Shown: piece by piece, positions 37,079 to 45,807 of the stretch | How positions within the stretch are numbered: position 1 is the stretch's first letter | Layout of the letters: every line of letters starts with the position of its first letter | Assembly (NCBI GenBank): GCA_947347075.1 | Contig: CANADC010000019.1 | Location: 18,929-82,928, forward strand | Length of the DNA stretch: 64,000 nucleotides | Direction: 5' to 3' | Source of the DNA: an uncultured Clostridia bacterium | GTDB lineage: Bacteria; Bacillota; Clostridia; Lachnospirales; Lachnospiraceae | Notes under the pieces: generated by a model | Database searches by the model: none | Told to the model about the DNA's origin: nothing | What the model saw: the letters and a program-made list of their open reading frames with translations, nothing else | Translations under genes and position numbers: made by a program

Positions 37079-39373
37079 ATGACATTCTTTTTAGAAAGGA
37101 AGTATGTTAGAAGAGGTATGGATTTAGAGAAAAGACAGGAATATAACGTGCATCATGCAAAAAGGGCAGAACTGCTGGCACCTGCTGGTTCTTATGAGAC
37201 GATGGAAGCGGCTGTTTTGGCAGGAGCAGATGCCGTTTATTTGGGGGGAAATTTATTTGGTGCAAGGGCTTATGCCAACAATTTAGATACCGAAGCTTTA
37301 TTATCAGCAATTGATTTTGTGCATCTTCATAAGAGAAAGTTGTATTTGACAGTGAATACTTTATTGAAGGAAGAGGAGATGGAAGAAAAGCTGTACTCTT
37401 ATCTGCTGCCTTTTTATCGGCAGGGGTTAGATGCCGTTATTGTGCAGGATATCGGGGTATTTTCTTTTATTCAAAGGAATTTTCCAAAGCTTCCAATTCA
37501 CGCCAGTACACAGATGACATTAACGGGAGTCTATGGGGCAAAACTTTTAAAAGAAATGGGGGCTGCCCGGGTGGTAATGGCACGGGAACTTTCATTGGAA
37601 GAGATTCGAAAGATTCATAGAACAAAGGGGCTAGAGACTTTAGAGATAGAGGGCTTTGTACATGGGGCACTTTGCTACTGTTATTCCGGGCAGTGCTTAT
37701 TTAGCAGTTTGGCAGGAGGAAGAAGCGGAAATAGGGGACGTTGTGCACAGCCCTGCCGTCTGCCTTATCAGGTTGGTGAACCGGGAGGACAGAAAGGTCA
37801 GAAGGAAGAACGGTATTTTTTAAGTCCAAAGGATTTGTGCAGTATTGAACTGCTGCCGGATATTTTAGAGGCGGGAGTGTATTCTCTTAAAATTGAAGGC
37901 AGAATGAAAAAATTAGAGTATACAGCAGGAGTAGTTAGTATCTATCGAAAATATTTAGATTGGTATTTGGAGTATGGAAGAGAGCATTTTTTGGTGTCGG
38001 ATAAGGATAAAAAGATTCTATATGATCTCTATAATCGGGGTGGATTTACAAAGGGATATTATGTGGAAAGAAACGGAAAAGATATGATATTTTTTCAGGG
38101 GAAAGAGGGAGAGAATGAAAGCAGAAATCAGGAGTTAATAAAAAATATTCGAAAAAAATTTCTTGCTGAAGAGCTTCAGGAGGCTGTCTGCGGAAAGGTT
38201 GTGGTGCAGTGCGGAGAGAGAGCAGAACTTACGGTAGAGGAAGAAGGAAATAGGGTAACGGTATGGGGAGAAGAAGTGGCTTTGGCACAGAAACAGCCGA
38301 TTACACAGGAAAATATTCGCAGACAGATAGAGAAAACTGGCGGTACGCCTTTTTATTTTTCGGAGCTTTCTGTTCAGACAGACGGGAAAAGTTTTATTCG
38401 TGTAACGGAATTAAATGAACTGCGAAGAAGGGTATTAGAGCAGCTGCAGAAATTTTTGCTGCAGCCTTATTGCCGCAGTGAGGAAGAGGAACTCTGCAGA
38501 GAAAATCGTAGGAAAAAGACCGAAAAACAGGTGGATTTTACAGATCAGCCGTTTTATCCGATTCATGTATATCTGGAAAAAAAGGAGTATGTAGCAGCGG
38601 CAGCGGCGTTTTCGGAAGTTTCTGCCATTTATTTGGACGCCGGTGAGTTTTCGGCAGCGGAGATAAAACGTTATCGGGAACAGTTTCCTAAAAAGCAGTT
38701 TTACTGTATGCTGCCTCCTGTCTTTCGGGATCTGGAGCAGGCGTGGTTAGAGCAGGAGTATGAGCTGTTATTGCAGGCAGGGATAGACGGATTTGTTGTA
38801 AGAAATTTAGATGAGCTTTCTTTTGTTAGGGAGAAGAATAGGGAGAGAAAAGAATCTGTTTCGATTCGGTTTGATTCTACGCTTTATGGATTTAATTCTG
38901 AGAGTATGCGGGTATTTGAAGAACAGTGGAAAGCAGAGTGGATTACGCTTCCTTTGGAGTTAAACGGAAAGGAATTGGCACAGATAGCCGATCAAAAGAG
39001 TGAATTGATTGTCTATGGCTATCTTCCTATGATGGTATCGGCACAGTGTATGATGAAAAATAAGAAGGGGTGTAAGAAGCAGGCGGGCATTTTAACGCTG
39101 ACGGATCGTTATCACAATGAATTTATCGTAAAAAACAGATGTAAGTTTTGTTATAATAAAATTTATAACTGTAAGCCGCTTTCTCTTTTAAGTGCAAAAA
39201 AAGAAGTGGATCGGATTGCACCTGCTGCGGTACGATTGGATTTTACTTTGGAGTCAGTAGCGGAGATGACGGAAATTCTTTCGAAATTTATTCAGGCATA
39301 TCGGAAGAATAGGATATTTTTAGAAGAACCTTTTGCATTTACCAGAGGGCATTTAAAACGGGGGGTTGAGTAA
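37079..39373 (+). CDS. Peptidase U32 family protein (collagenase-like)
   Basis: Start set to ATG 37079 (RBS AGGAGA). KRAELLAPAGS...LGG and the CYCYSGQC / EGRMK segments are typical of U32. Long C-terminal extension. Confidence 0.8.
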   Translation: MTFFLERKYVRRGMDLEKRQEYNVHHAKRAELLAPAGSYETMEAAVLAGADAVYLGGNLFGARAYANNLDTEALLSAIDFVHLHKRKLYLTVNTLLKEEEMEEKLYSYLLPFYRQGLDAVIVQDIGVFSFIQRNFPKLPIHASTQMTLTGVYGAKLLKEMGAARVVMARELSLEEIRKIHRTKGLETLEIEGFVHGALCYCYSGQCLFSSLAGGRSGNRGRCAQPCRLPYQVGEPGGQKGQKEERYFLSPKDLCSIELLPDILEAGVYSLKIEGRMKKLEYTAGVVSIYRKYLDWYLEYGREHFLVSDKDKKILYDLYNRGGFTKGYYVERNGKDMIFFQGKEGENESRNQELIKNIRKKFLAEELQEAVCGKVVVQCGERAELTVEEEGNRVTVWGEEVALAQKQPITQENIRRQIEKTGGTPFYFSELSVQTDGKSFIRVTELNELRRRVLEQLQKFLLQPYCRSEEEELCRENRRKKTEKQVDFTDQPFYPIHVYLEKKEYVAAAAAFSEVSAIYLDAGEFSAAEIKRYREQFPKKQFYCMLPPVFRDLEQAWLEQEYELLLQAGIDGFVVRNLDELSFVREKNRERKESVSIRFDSTLYGFNSESMRVFEEQWKAEWITLPLELNGKELAQIADQKSELIVYGYLPMMVSAQCMMKNKKGCKKQAGILTLTDRYHNEFIVKNRCKFCYNKIYNCKPLSLLSAKKEVDRIAPAAVRLDFTLESVAEMTEILSKFIQAYRKNRIFLEEPFAFTRGHLKRGVE

Positions 39374-39394
39374 GTACAAGGGAGGTAGTAGAGT

Positions 39395-42163
39395 ATGATT
39401 CATCTGATAGAGGAATTTTCAAAATATCTGATTATTCTGCTGATTATGGTATATACGTATTATTCTTTTGCCTATTATAGAAAAAGAAAGCTGGCGGTGT
39501 TAAATATTTGTCTGTTTTCTGTTCATTTTTTAGGTTTTTTATCCTTGTTTCTTTCTACAGGCAATGAAAATTTAATTCTTTTATATGGGGCAGAGTTAGT
39601 TTATCTGATTTTAATGGAGACGTTATTCCATACAGCTTATCCAGAGGGATCGCAGATTTTAACCAGTTTGGTTTGCATGTTAATGGTGATAGGGTTTATT
39701 ATGCTGGCAAGACTTTCGATAGGGAAGGCCAATCGGCAGTTTTTAATCTTGGCATTGGGTACGGTCTTTATGGCAGTAATTCCCTATATTATGAAAAAGT
39801 GGAAGGCATTGAGAAAATTTGCATGGCTCTATGGAATTGCCGGGGCACTGCTGCTTTTGGTTGTTTTAATTTTGGCAGAGACCAGTTATGGTGCAAAGTT
39901 ATCGATTGCACTGCTGGGTGTTTCTTTTCAGCCGTCCGAATTTGTAAAAATCAGCTATGTATTTTTTATTGCTGCTATGTTTGAGGTAAGAAATGACTGG
40001 AAGCAGGTAGTAAAAACAGGAATTTTAGCAGCAATACATATCTTGATTTTGGTTGCTTCAACTGATTTAGGGAGTGCATTGATCTTTTCATTGGTCTTTG
40101 TATTTATGGTCTATGTCGCTACAAAAAAGCCGATTTATCTGTTTGGCGGACTGGCGGCGGGGGCAGCGGCTTCCTATACAGCATATCAGCTATTTTCTCA
40201 TATTCAGACCAGAGTAACTGCATGGTTAGATCCATGGTCTGTAATTGAAAGCAAAGGGTATCAGATAGCACAATCTCTTTTTGCAATCGGAACGGGAGGA
40301 TGGTTAGGAGTCGGACTCAATAAGGGCTCTCCTTCACAGATTCCGGTTGTAGAGGAAGATTTTTTCTTTTCGGCGATTGCAGAAGAAATGGGAGGATTAG
40401 TAGCGATCTGTGTTATTTTTATCTGCTTGGGCTGTCTTTTGCTAATTTTAAATGCAGCAATTCAGATGCATCACCGTTTTTATCGATATATGGCATTAGG
40501 GCTTGCCTGTGAATATGGGATCCAAGTATTTTTAACGATTGGCGGGGCGATGAAGTTAATTCCTTCTACTGGAGTAACGATTCCGTTTGTCAGTTATGGG
40601 GGAAGTTCGATGCTGAGTTCCCTGATTATGTATGGGATTATACAGGGACTGTATATTTCTGATGCAAATGCAAATGTAAATTCCGATGTAAGGGCAGATT
40701 GTGGGCAGAGTATAGAGTTAGAAATACAAATAAAAAAAAGAAACAGCAATCGGGAATTCTATCTGGTTATGTATCTTTTTACCGGATTGTTTATTTTGAT
40801 GCCGTGCTATCTGGGATATTTTCTTTTAGCCGAGAGTAAGGAAGTCGTAAATAATCCCTATAATCTGCGGCAGGAAGAGTTTGCTAAAAAAGTTGTGCGG
40901 GGATCGATTCTGTCAGCGGACGGAGAGATTCTGGCAGAGACAAAGGTAGAAGCAGATGGGACAGAGGTAAGAGAGTATCCGTTTGACAATCTGTTTTCTC
41001 ATGTGGTTGGATATTCACAGAGTGGAAAGGACGGACTGGAAAAGATTTATAATTTTCAGCTTTTAACTTCCGATGCTCCGATTTATGAAAAGATAGCGGC
41101 TGAAGTAAAGGGAGAGAAAGAAAAAGGAAATCAAGTTGTAACCACGTTAAATTATCCGCTTCAGAAAGCGGCTTGGGAAGCATTGGGAGAGGAAAAGGGG
41201 GCTGTAGTAGTGATGGAGCCTTCTACTGGAAAGGTGCTTGCAATGGTTTCAAAACCGGATTATAATCCCAATCAAATAGAAGAGATCTGGGAATCGCTTT
41301 CGGAGAATCCTGATACCGAGCAGAGTTATCTGTTAAATCGTGCTACGCAGGGGCGTTATCCGCCTGGTTCTACATTTAAGATTTTAACGGCATTGGAGTA
41401 TGCCAGAGAATTTCCAGAAGAAATTTCTGATTTTTCCTATACTTGTGAGGGTTCCTATGAGTATCAGGGGGCTGTTATTCAGTGTTATCATAAAAAAGCA
41501 CATGGAACAATTTCCTTTGAAACGGCTTTTGCCAAATCCTGCAATGGGGCTTTTGCCAGTATTGCATCAAAGCTTTCAGCAGAGCGGTTTACGGATCTTT
41601 GTGAGAGTTTTTTACTAAATCAGGATTTACCGATTGCCCTATCTTATGTATCGAGTCAATTTGAATGGAAGCAGGATTCACCTGACTGGGAGAAGATGCA
41701 GACGGCAATCGGACAGGGAACGGCAGAGATGACGCCGCTTCATCAGGCGATGATAGCAGCAGCGATTGCCAATGACGGAGTAATGATGAAGCCTTATTTT
41801 GTAGATCGGATAACAGATGCACATGGATTTACTGTAAAGAAATATAGACCAAAAAAGTACAGAGAACCAATTAGCCAGGAAGAAGCAGAGAGATTGACAA
41901 AATGGATGATGCTGTGTGTTGAAGAAGGAACCGGAAGCCGTGCTGCATCGGAGGATTATACCGTGGCAGGAAAGACCGGAACGGCAGAGTGGGATGTAAA
42001 GAAAGAGGCACATTCTTGGTTTGTAGGGTTTGCTCCTGCAGAGGAACCAGAGATTGCAGTGAGTGTGATTGTAGAAGAGGGAGGAGCAGGAAGTACAAAA
42101 GCGGCGGCGATAGCAGATAAGCTGTTTCGGACATGGTATTCTCTCGATCAGGAAGAATCCTAA
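39395..42163 (+). CDS. SEDS glycosyltransferase (FtsW/RodA/SpoVE family) fused to a class B penicillin-binding transpeptidase
   Basis: The N-terminal part of about 420 aa has multi-pass SEDS signatures (SFQPSEFVKISYVFFIAA, GTGGWLGVGL, PFVSYGGSSM). The C-terminal part carries transpeptidase motifs SXXK (PPGSTFKIL), SXN (KSCNGAF) and KTGT (AGKTGTAEW). Confidence 0.8.
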   Translation: MIHLIEEFSKYLIILLIMVYTYYSFAYYRKRKLAVLNICLFSVHFLGFLSLFLSTGNENLILLYGAELVYLILMETLFHTAYPEGSQILTSLVCMLMVIGFIMLARLSIGKANRQFLILALGTVFMAVIPYIMKKWKALRKFAWLYGIAGALLLLVVLILAETSYGAKLSIALLGVSFQPSEFVKISYVFFIAAMFEVRNDWKQVVKTGILAAIHILILVASTDLGSALIFSLVFVFMVYVATKKPIYLFGGLAAGAAASYTAYQLFSHIQTRVTAWLDPWSVIESKGYQIAQSLFAIGTGGWLGVGLNKGSPSQIPVVEEDFFFSAIAEEMGGLVAICVIFICLGCLLLILNAAIQMHHRFYRYMALGLACEYGIQVFLTIGGAMKLIPSTGVTIPFVSYGGSSMLSSLIMYGIIQGLYISDANANVNSDVRADCGQSIELEIQIKKRNSNREFYLVMYLFTGLFILMPCYLGYFLLAESKEVVNNPYNLRQEEFAKKVVRGSILSADGEILAETKVEADGTEVREYPFDNLFSHVVGYSQSGKDGLEKIYNFQLLTSDAPIYEKIAAEVKGEKEKGNQVVTTLNYPLQKAAWEALGEEKGAVVVMEPSTGKVLAMVSKPDYNPNQIEEIWESLSENPDTEQSYLLNRATQGRYPPGSTFKILTALEYAREFPEEISDFSYTCEGSYEYQGAVIQCYHKKAHGTISFETAFAKSCNGAFASIASKLSAERFTDLCESFLLNQDLPIALSYVSSQFEWKQDSPDWEKMQTAIGQGTAEMTPLHQAMIAAAIANDGVMMKPYFVDRITDAHGFTVKKYRPKKYREPISQEEAERLTKWMMLCVEEGTGSRAASEDYTVAGKTGTAEWDVKKEAHSWFVGFAPAEEPEIAVSVIVEEGGAGSTKAAAIADKLFRTWYSLDQEES

Positions 42164-42273
42164 AATAGTAACAGAAAATTTCTATATATTTTTGGATTTA
42201 CTTGCATAATTCTGTCAATTGAGGTATACTTATCCTAGTTTTGGTTTCACACCAAAGGACAGGAGGAATTGCA

Positions 42274-42726
42274 ATGATTGAAGCAACGAGCTGTGGCGGT
42301 GTGGTTATTTTTCGAGGTAAGATTTTACTCTTATATAAAAATTATAAGAATAAATATGAGGGATGGGTATTACCAAAAGGGACTGTAGAGGCTGGAGAAG
42401 AGTATAAGGAGACTGCGTTACGTGAAGTATTGGAGGAATCAGGAGTAAAGGGAAATATAATTAAATATGTAGGAAAAAGCCAATATACGTTTGCAACTCC
42501 TGCTGATATGGTAGAGAAAGATGTACACTGGTATCTGATGATGTCGGACAGCTATTACAGCAAACCACAGCGGGAAGAGTTTTTCATGGATTCAGGTTAT
42601 TATAAATTTCATGAGGCTTACCACTTATTAAAATTTTCAAATGAAAAGCAGATTTTAGAAAAAGCTTATAACGAATATTTGGATTTAAAAAGGAATAATC
42701 TTTGGGGAAGTAAGAAATACTTTTAA
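42274..42726 (+). CDS. NUDIX hydrolase
   Basis: Nudix box GWVLPKGTVEAGEEYKETALREVLEESGV. Start moved to ATG 42274 (RBS AGGAGG). Confidence 0.7.
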   Translation: MIEATSCGGVVIFRGKILLLYKNYKNKYEGWVLPKGTVEAGEEYKETALREVLEESGVKGNIIKYVGKSQYTFATPADMVEKDVHWYLMMSDSYYSKPQREEFFMDSGYYKFHEAYHLLKFSNEKQILEKAYNEYLDLKRNNLWGSKKYF

Positions 42727-42793
42727 AATAACCGGAAAGCAGAGAGAAGAAAAGGCTGCTTTCCGGTTTTGCTAAAAAAGAAAGGAGTTTATT

Positions 42794-44302
42794 ATGAGTC
42801 AGCTTTTTGAACAGTTAGTGCCTTATTTGGAAAAACATATGGCTTTACAGACAGCACTTGCCCTATTAGATTGGGACGATGCAACTCTTGCACCAAAGGA
42901 AGCAGGAGAGTATACGGCAAAGGTAATCGGGATTTTATCGGAAGAGGATTTTCTGTGTCTGACTAATCCGCAGGTAAAGAAGATTTTAGAGGACTATGAG
43001 TCTAAAACAGAAGAGACAAAGGAGCAGGAAGAGACGGAGCAGGCGATTATTCGAAAGATAAAGAAAAATTTGAGAAAAACAGAAGCAATTCCTAAGGAGG
43101 AGAAGCGGGCTTATGCGGAACTGAAGTCAAAGTCGCAGAAGGCATGGCAGAGGGCAAAAAAAGAAAATGATTTTTCAATCTTTGCTCCTTATTTAAAGGA
43201 AGTGATCGCATACTGCAAAAAGTTTGCTTCTTATGGTGCGACAGAGAAATTAAACGGGTATGATGTGCTTTTAGATGATTATGAAGAGGATTTTTCCGTG
43301 GAAGTGTTAGACGTATTTTTTGAAAAGCTAAAGGCGGGGATTCTTCCGCTGCTTCGAAAGATTCAAAAGAAACCGCAGATTGAGGATTCTTTTTTGTATC
43401 AGAAGTATGATATTGAGAAGCAGAAGGAGTTTAATCGGTTTTTGGCGGAGTATATTGGATTTGATTTGAATCGTGGAGTGATTGCGGAAAGTGAACATCC
43501 TTTTACAACGGCTTGGCATAATCATGATGTGCGGATTACGACTCATTATTATGAGGATAATTTGGCAGGGGCAATTTTTTCTACAATTCATGAGAGCGGA
43601 CATGCGATTTATGAACAGGGGATTGCGGATCGGTATACGCAGACTGTGTTGGGAGAAGGGGCTTCCTGTGGGATTCATGAGTCACAGTCTCGGCTGATGG
43701 AAAATATGATTGGGAGGAGCCGGGCTTTTTGGGTGCCTATTTATGGAAAGTTAGTAGAAACGTTTCCAGAACAGTTGGGGGAGGTTTCTTTGGATCAGTT
43801 TGTAGCAGCAATTAATCGGGTTCGGGCAGATGAGATTCGAACAGAGGCAGATGAGCTGACGTATTGTCTGCATATTATGGTTCGGTATGAGTTGGAAAAG
43901 CTGATGATAAATGGGGAAGTGGAGGTGGAGGAACTGCCTCGGCTTTGGAAGGAGAAGTATCAGGAGTATTTGGGAGTGGTACCAGAGAATGATACGGTGG
44001 GGATTTTGCAGGATGTACATTGGTCTATGGGGGATATTGGGTATTTTCCTTCTTATGCACTTGGAAATGCTTTTGCGGCTCAGATTTATGCTAAGATGAA
44101 GAGTGAGATGGATGTGGAGTCGGAGCTTTCTAAGGGAAATATTGGGGCTGTACGGGAGTTTTTGCATCGGTATGTGCATCAGTATGGTGCTTTTAAGGAG
44201 GCACGGGAGATTTTAAAGGAAGCTACTGGGGAGGAATTTAATCCTGATTATTTTGTGGGGTATCTTACGGAAAAGTATGAGAAGTTGTATGGGATTTCTT
44301 GA
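42794..44302 (+). CDS. Carboxypeptidase Taq-like metallopeptidase (M32 family)
   Basis: HEXXH motif (IHESGHAIYE). Family-typical HPF/TTRY and GIHESQS segments. 502 aa. Confidence 0.8.
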   Translation: MSQLFEQLVPYLEKHMALQTALALLDWDDATLAPKEAGEYTAKVIGILSEEDFLCLTNPQVKKILEDYESKTEETKEQEETEQAIIRKIKKNLRKTEAIPKEEKRAYAELKSKSQKAWQRAKKENDFSIFAPYLKEVIAYCKKFASYGATEKLNGYDVLLDDYEEDFSVEVLDVFFEKLKAGILPLLRKIQKKPQIEDSFLYQKYDIEKQKEFNRFLAEYIGFDLNRGVIAESEHPFTTAWHNHDVRITTHYYEDNLAGAIFSTIHESGHAIYEQGIADRYTQTVLGEGASCGIHESQSRLMENMIGRSRAFWVPIYGKLVETFPEQLGEVSLDQFVAAINRVRADEIRTEADELTYCLHIMVRYELEKLMINGEVEVEELPRLWKEKYQEYLGVVPENDTVGILQDVHWSMGDIGYFPSYALGNAFAAQIYAKMKSEMDVESELSKGNIGAVREFLHRYVHQYGAFKEAREILKEATGEEFNPDYFVGYLTEKYEKLYGIS

Positions 44303-44329
44303 TAGAAAAAAGTGAAGGTTGAGGGGAAT

Positions 44330-44480
44330 GGGAATGGTGTGGATACTGAGATGGGAAAGTTGGGGGGATGGTGTGTGGATATTGAGATGGGAAAGTTGGG
44401 GGATGGTGTGTGGATATTGAGATGGGAAAGCTGGGGGATGGTGTGTGGATATTAGGATAGAAAAGCTGGGGGGATGGTGT
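44330..44480 (+). repeat. Tandem direct repeats (about 4 units of about 37 bp) forming a G-rich leader of family A copy A4
   Basis: GGTGTGTGGATATTGAGATGGGAAAGTTGGGGGAT repeated with minor variants and ending in AGGGGACGCTGGAG. Confidence 0.7.
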
Positions 44481-44735
44481 AGGGGACGCTGGAGTTTGGA
44501 AGCCCTTTCTCTATGCTGTTCCGCTCTCCGAAAAGTAAGAAAGTCTAATGCCTCTGAATGAAAATATATCCAACCGGACGGACCGGGGTGCAATTCGCCC
44601 GTGCAGCGGGCTAAACACACCCCTTTTTTGCCATCAGAAGATGGCAAAAATCCTAGGAGATCGACAGAGGCATAAGACTTTCTAACTTTTCTCCGAAGTC
44701 ACTGCATAGAGAAAGGGCTTCCAAACTCCAGCTGG
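44481..44735 (+). repeat. Structured repeat family A, copy A4
   Basis: Conserved core. Inner stem AGAAAGTCTAATGCCTCTG / CAGAGGCATAAGACTTTCT. Outer stem GGAGTTTGGAAGCCCTTTCTCTATGC / GCATAGAGAAAGGGCTTCCAAACTCC. It follows the carboxypeptidase gene in the same orientation. Confidence 0.8.
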
Positions 44736-44888
44736 TTCTTTCTGGCGATAGATTTGATTTTTATTTTTTATTCAGGTGGGAATGGGAGGGAATTTTGGGG
44801 TGGTTTGGTGGAATGAGGAGTGGTATGATATTTTTTGGTGTGTGGATAGAGATGGGATTTTGAATTAGGAAGGATGTAGTTTAGGAGT

Positions 44889-45557
44889 ATGGCTGAGAAT
44901 TATCAGAAGATATTGGAACGGATATTGGAAAAAATGCAGGAACAGGAGGGGATAGGAAAGAGACTTCTTTTACATAGTTGTTGTGCCCCTTGTTCTAGTT
45001 ATGTAATGGAGTATTTATCGAATTATTTTGAAATTACGGTGTTTTATTTTAATCCGAATATTTCTCCTGAGAAGGAATATCGGTATCGGGTAGAGGAGGA
45101 GAAGCGGTTGATTGCTGCTATGCCGTTTCGGTATCCGGTGCATTTTTTGGAGGGAGAGTATAGACAGGAGCGATTTTTTGATGCGGTGAAGGGATTGGAA
45201 GGGGAAAGGGAAGGCGGAGAGAGGTGTTTTCGCTGTTATAGGTTAAGATTAGAGGAGACAGCTCGGATGGCACAACAGGGGGGATTTGATTATTTTACAA
45301 CTACTTTGAGTATTAGTCCTTTGAAAAATGCAGAGAAGTTAAATGAAATTGGTGCGGTTCTTTCAGAAGAGTATGGTGTACCTTATCTTTTTTCTGATTT
45401 TAAGAAGAAGAATGGATACCAGCGTTCTATTGAACTTTCAAGGGAGTATGGACTTTATCGGCAGAATTACTGCGGTTGTATTTTTTCGAAACAGTCCTGT
45501 GAGAAACGAAACGAGAAACCGTTTTGTGAAAAGGGGAAGATAGAGGATAGAAGATAG
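44889..45557 (+). CDS. queH: Epoxyqueuosine reductase QueH
   Basis: LLLHSCCAPCSSYV and the C-terminal NYCGCIFS cysteine motifs are typical of QueH (DUF208). Confidence 0.8.
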   Translation: MAENYQKILERILEKMQEQEGIGKRLLLHSCCAPCSSYVMEYLSNYFEITVFYFNPNISPEKEYRYRVEEEKRLIAAMPFRYPVHFLEGEYRQERFFDAVKGLEGEREGGERCFRCYRLRLEETARMAQQGGFDYFTTTLSISPLKNAEKLNEIGAVLSEEYGVPYLFSDFKKKNGYQRSIELSREYGLYRQNYCGCIFSKQSCEKRNEKPFCEKGKIEDRR

Positions 45558-45807
45558 AAAGAATGGGGTCATAAAAAATGAAACGAGAATGGTTTCATTC
45601 GGACATTTCTGTGATATTTGGATTTTATAATAGGCTCTATAAGGGAAATTGTTTAGAAAGGAGTGTCTTAGGTTAAGATGAAAGTATTGCAGAGGATTGT
45701 TTGGAATGTTTTCAGGAGATGGCGGGATGGTGCTGTTCAGTGGAGTAAATTGTGGGGGTTGTGGGGATTGAGAGGGATAGGAGTTTGGGTTGAGGAGGCG
45801 GTGGATT

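Noticed and set aside
39673-39984. 103-aa ORF inside the SEDS-PBP gene and similar short internal ORFs (e.g. 1474-1803-, 14049-14402-, 19520-20107-, 43328-43678-, 54797-55357-)
   Set aside because: These lie fully within, or antisense to, long well-supported CDSs. They have no RBS or motifs and their composition is typical of out-of-frame translation.
44330-44480. Possible CRISPR array among the tandem repeats (44330-44480, 6330-6420, 20485-20690)
   Set aside because: Units are directly abutting or degenerate, with no unique spacers of uniform length. No cas genes are present in the window.
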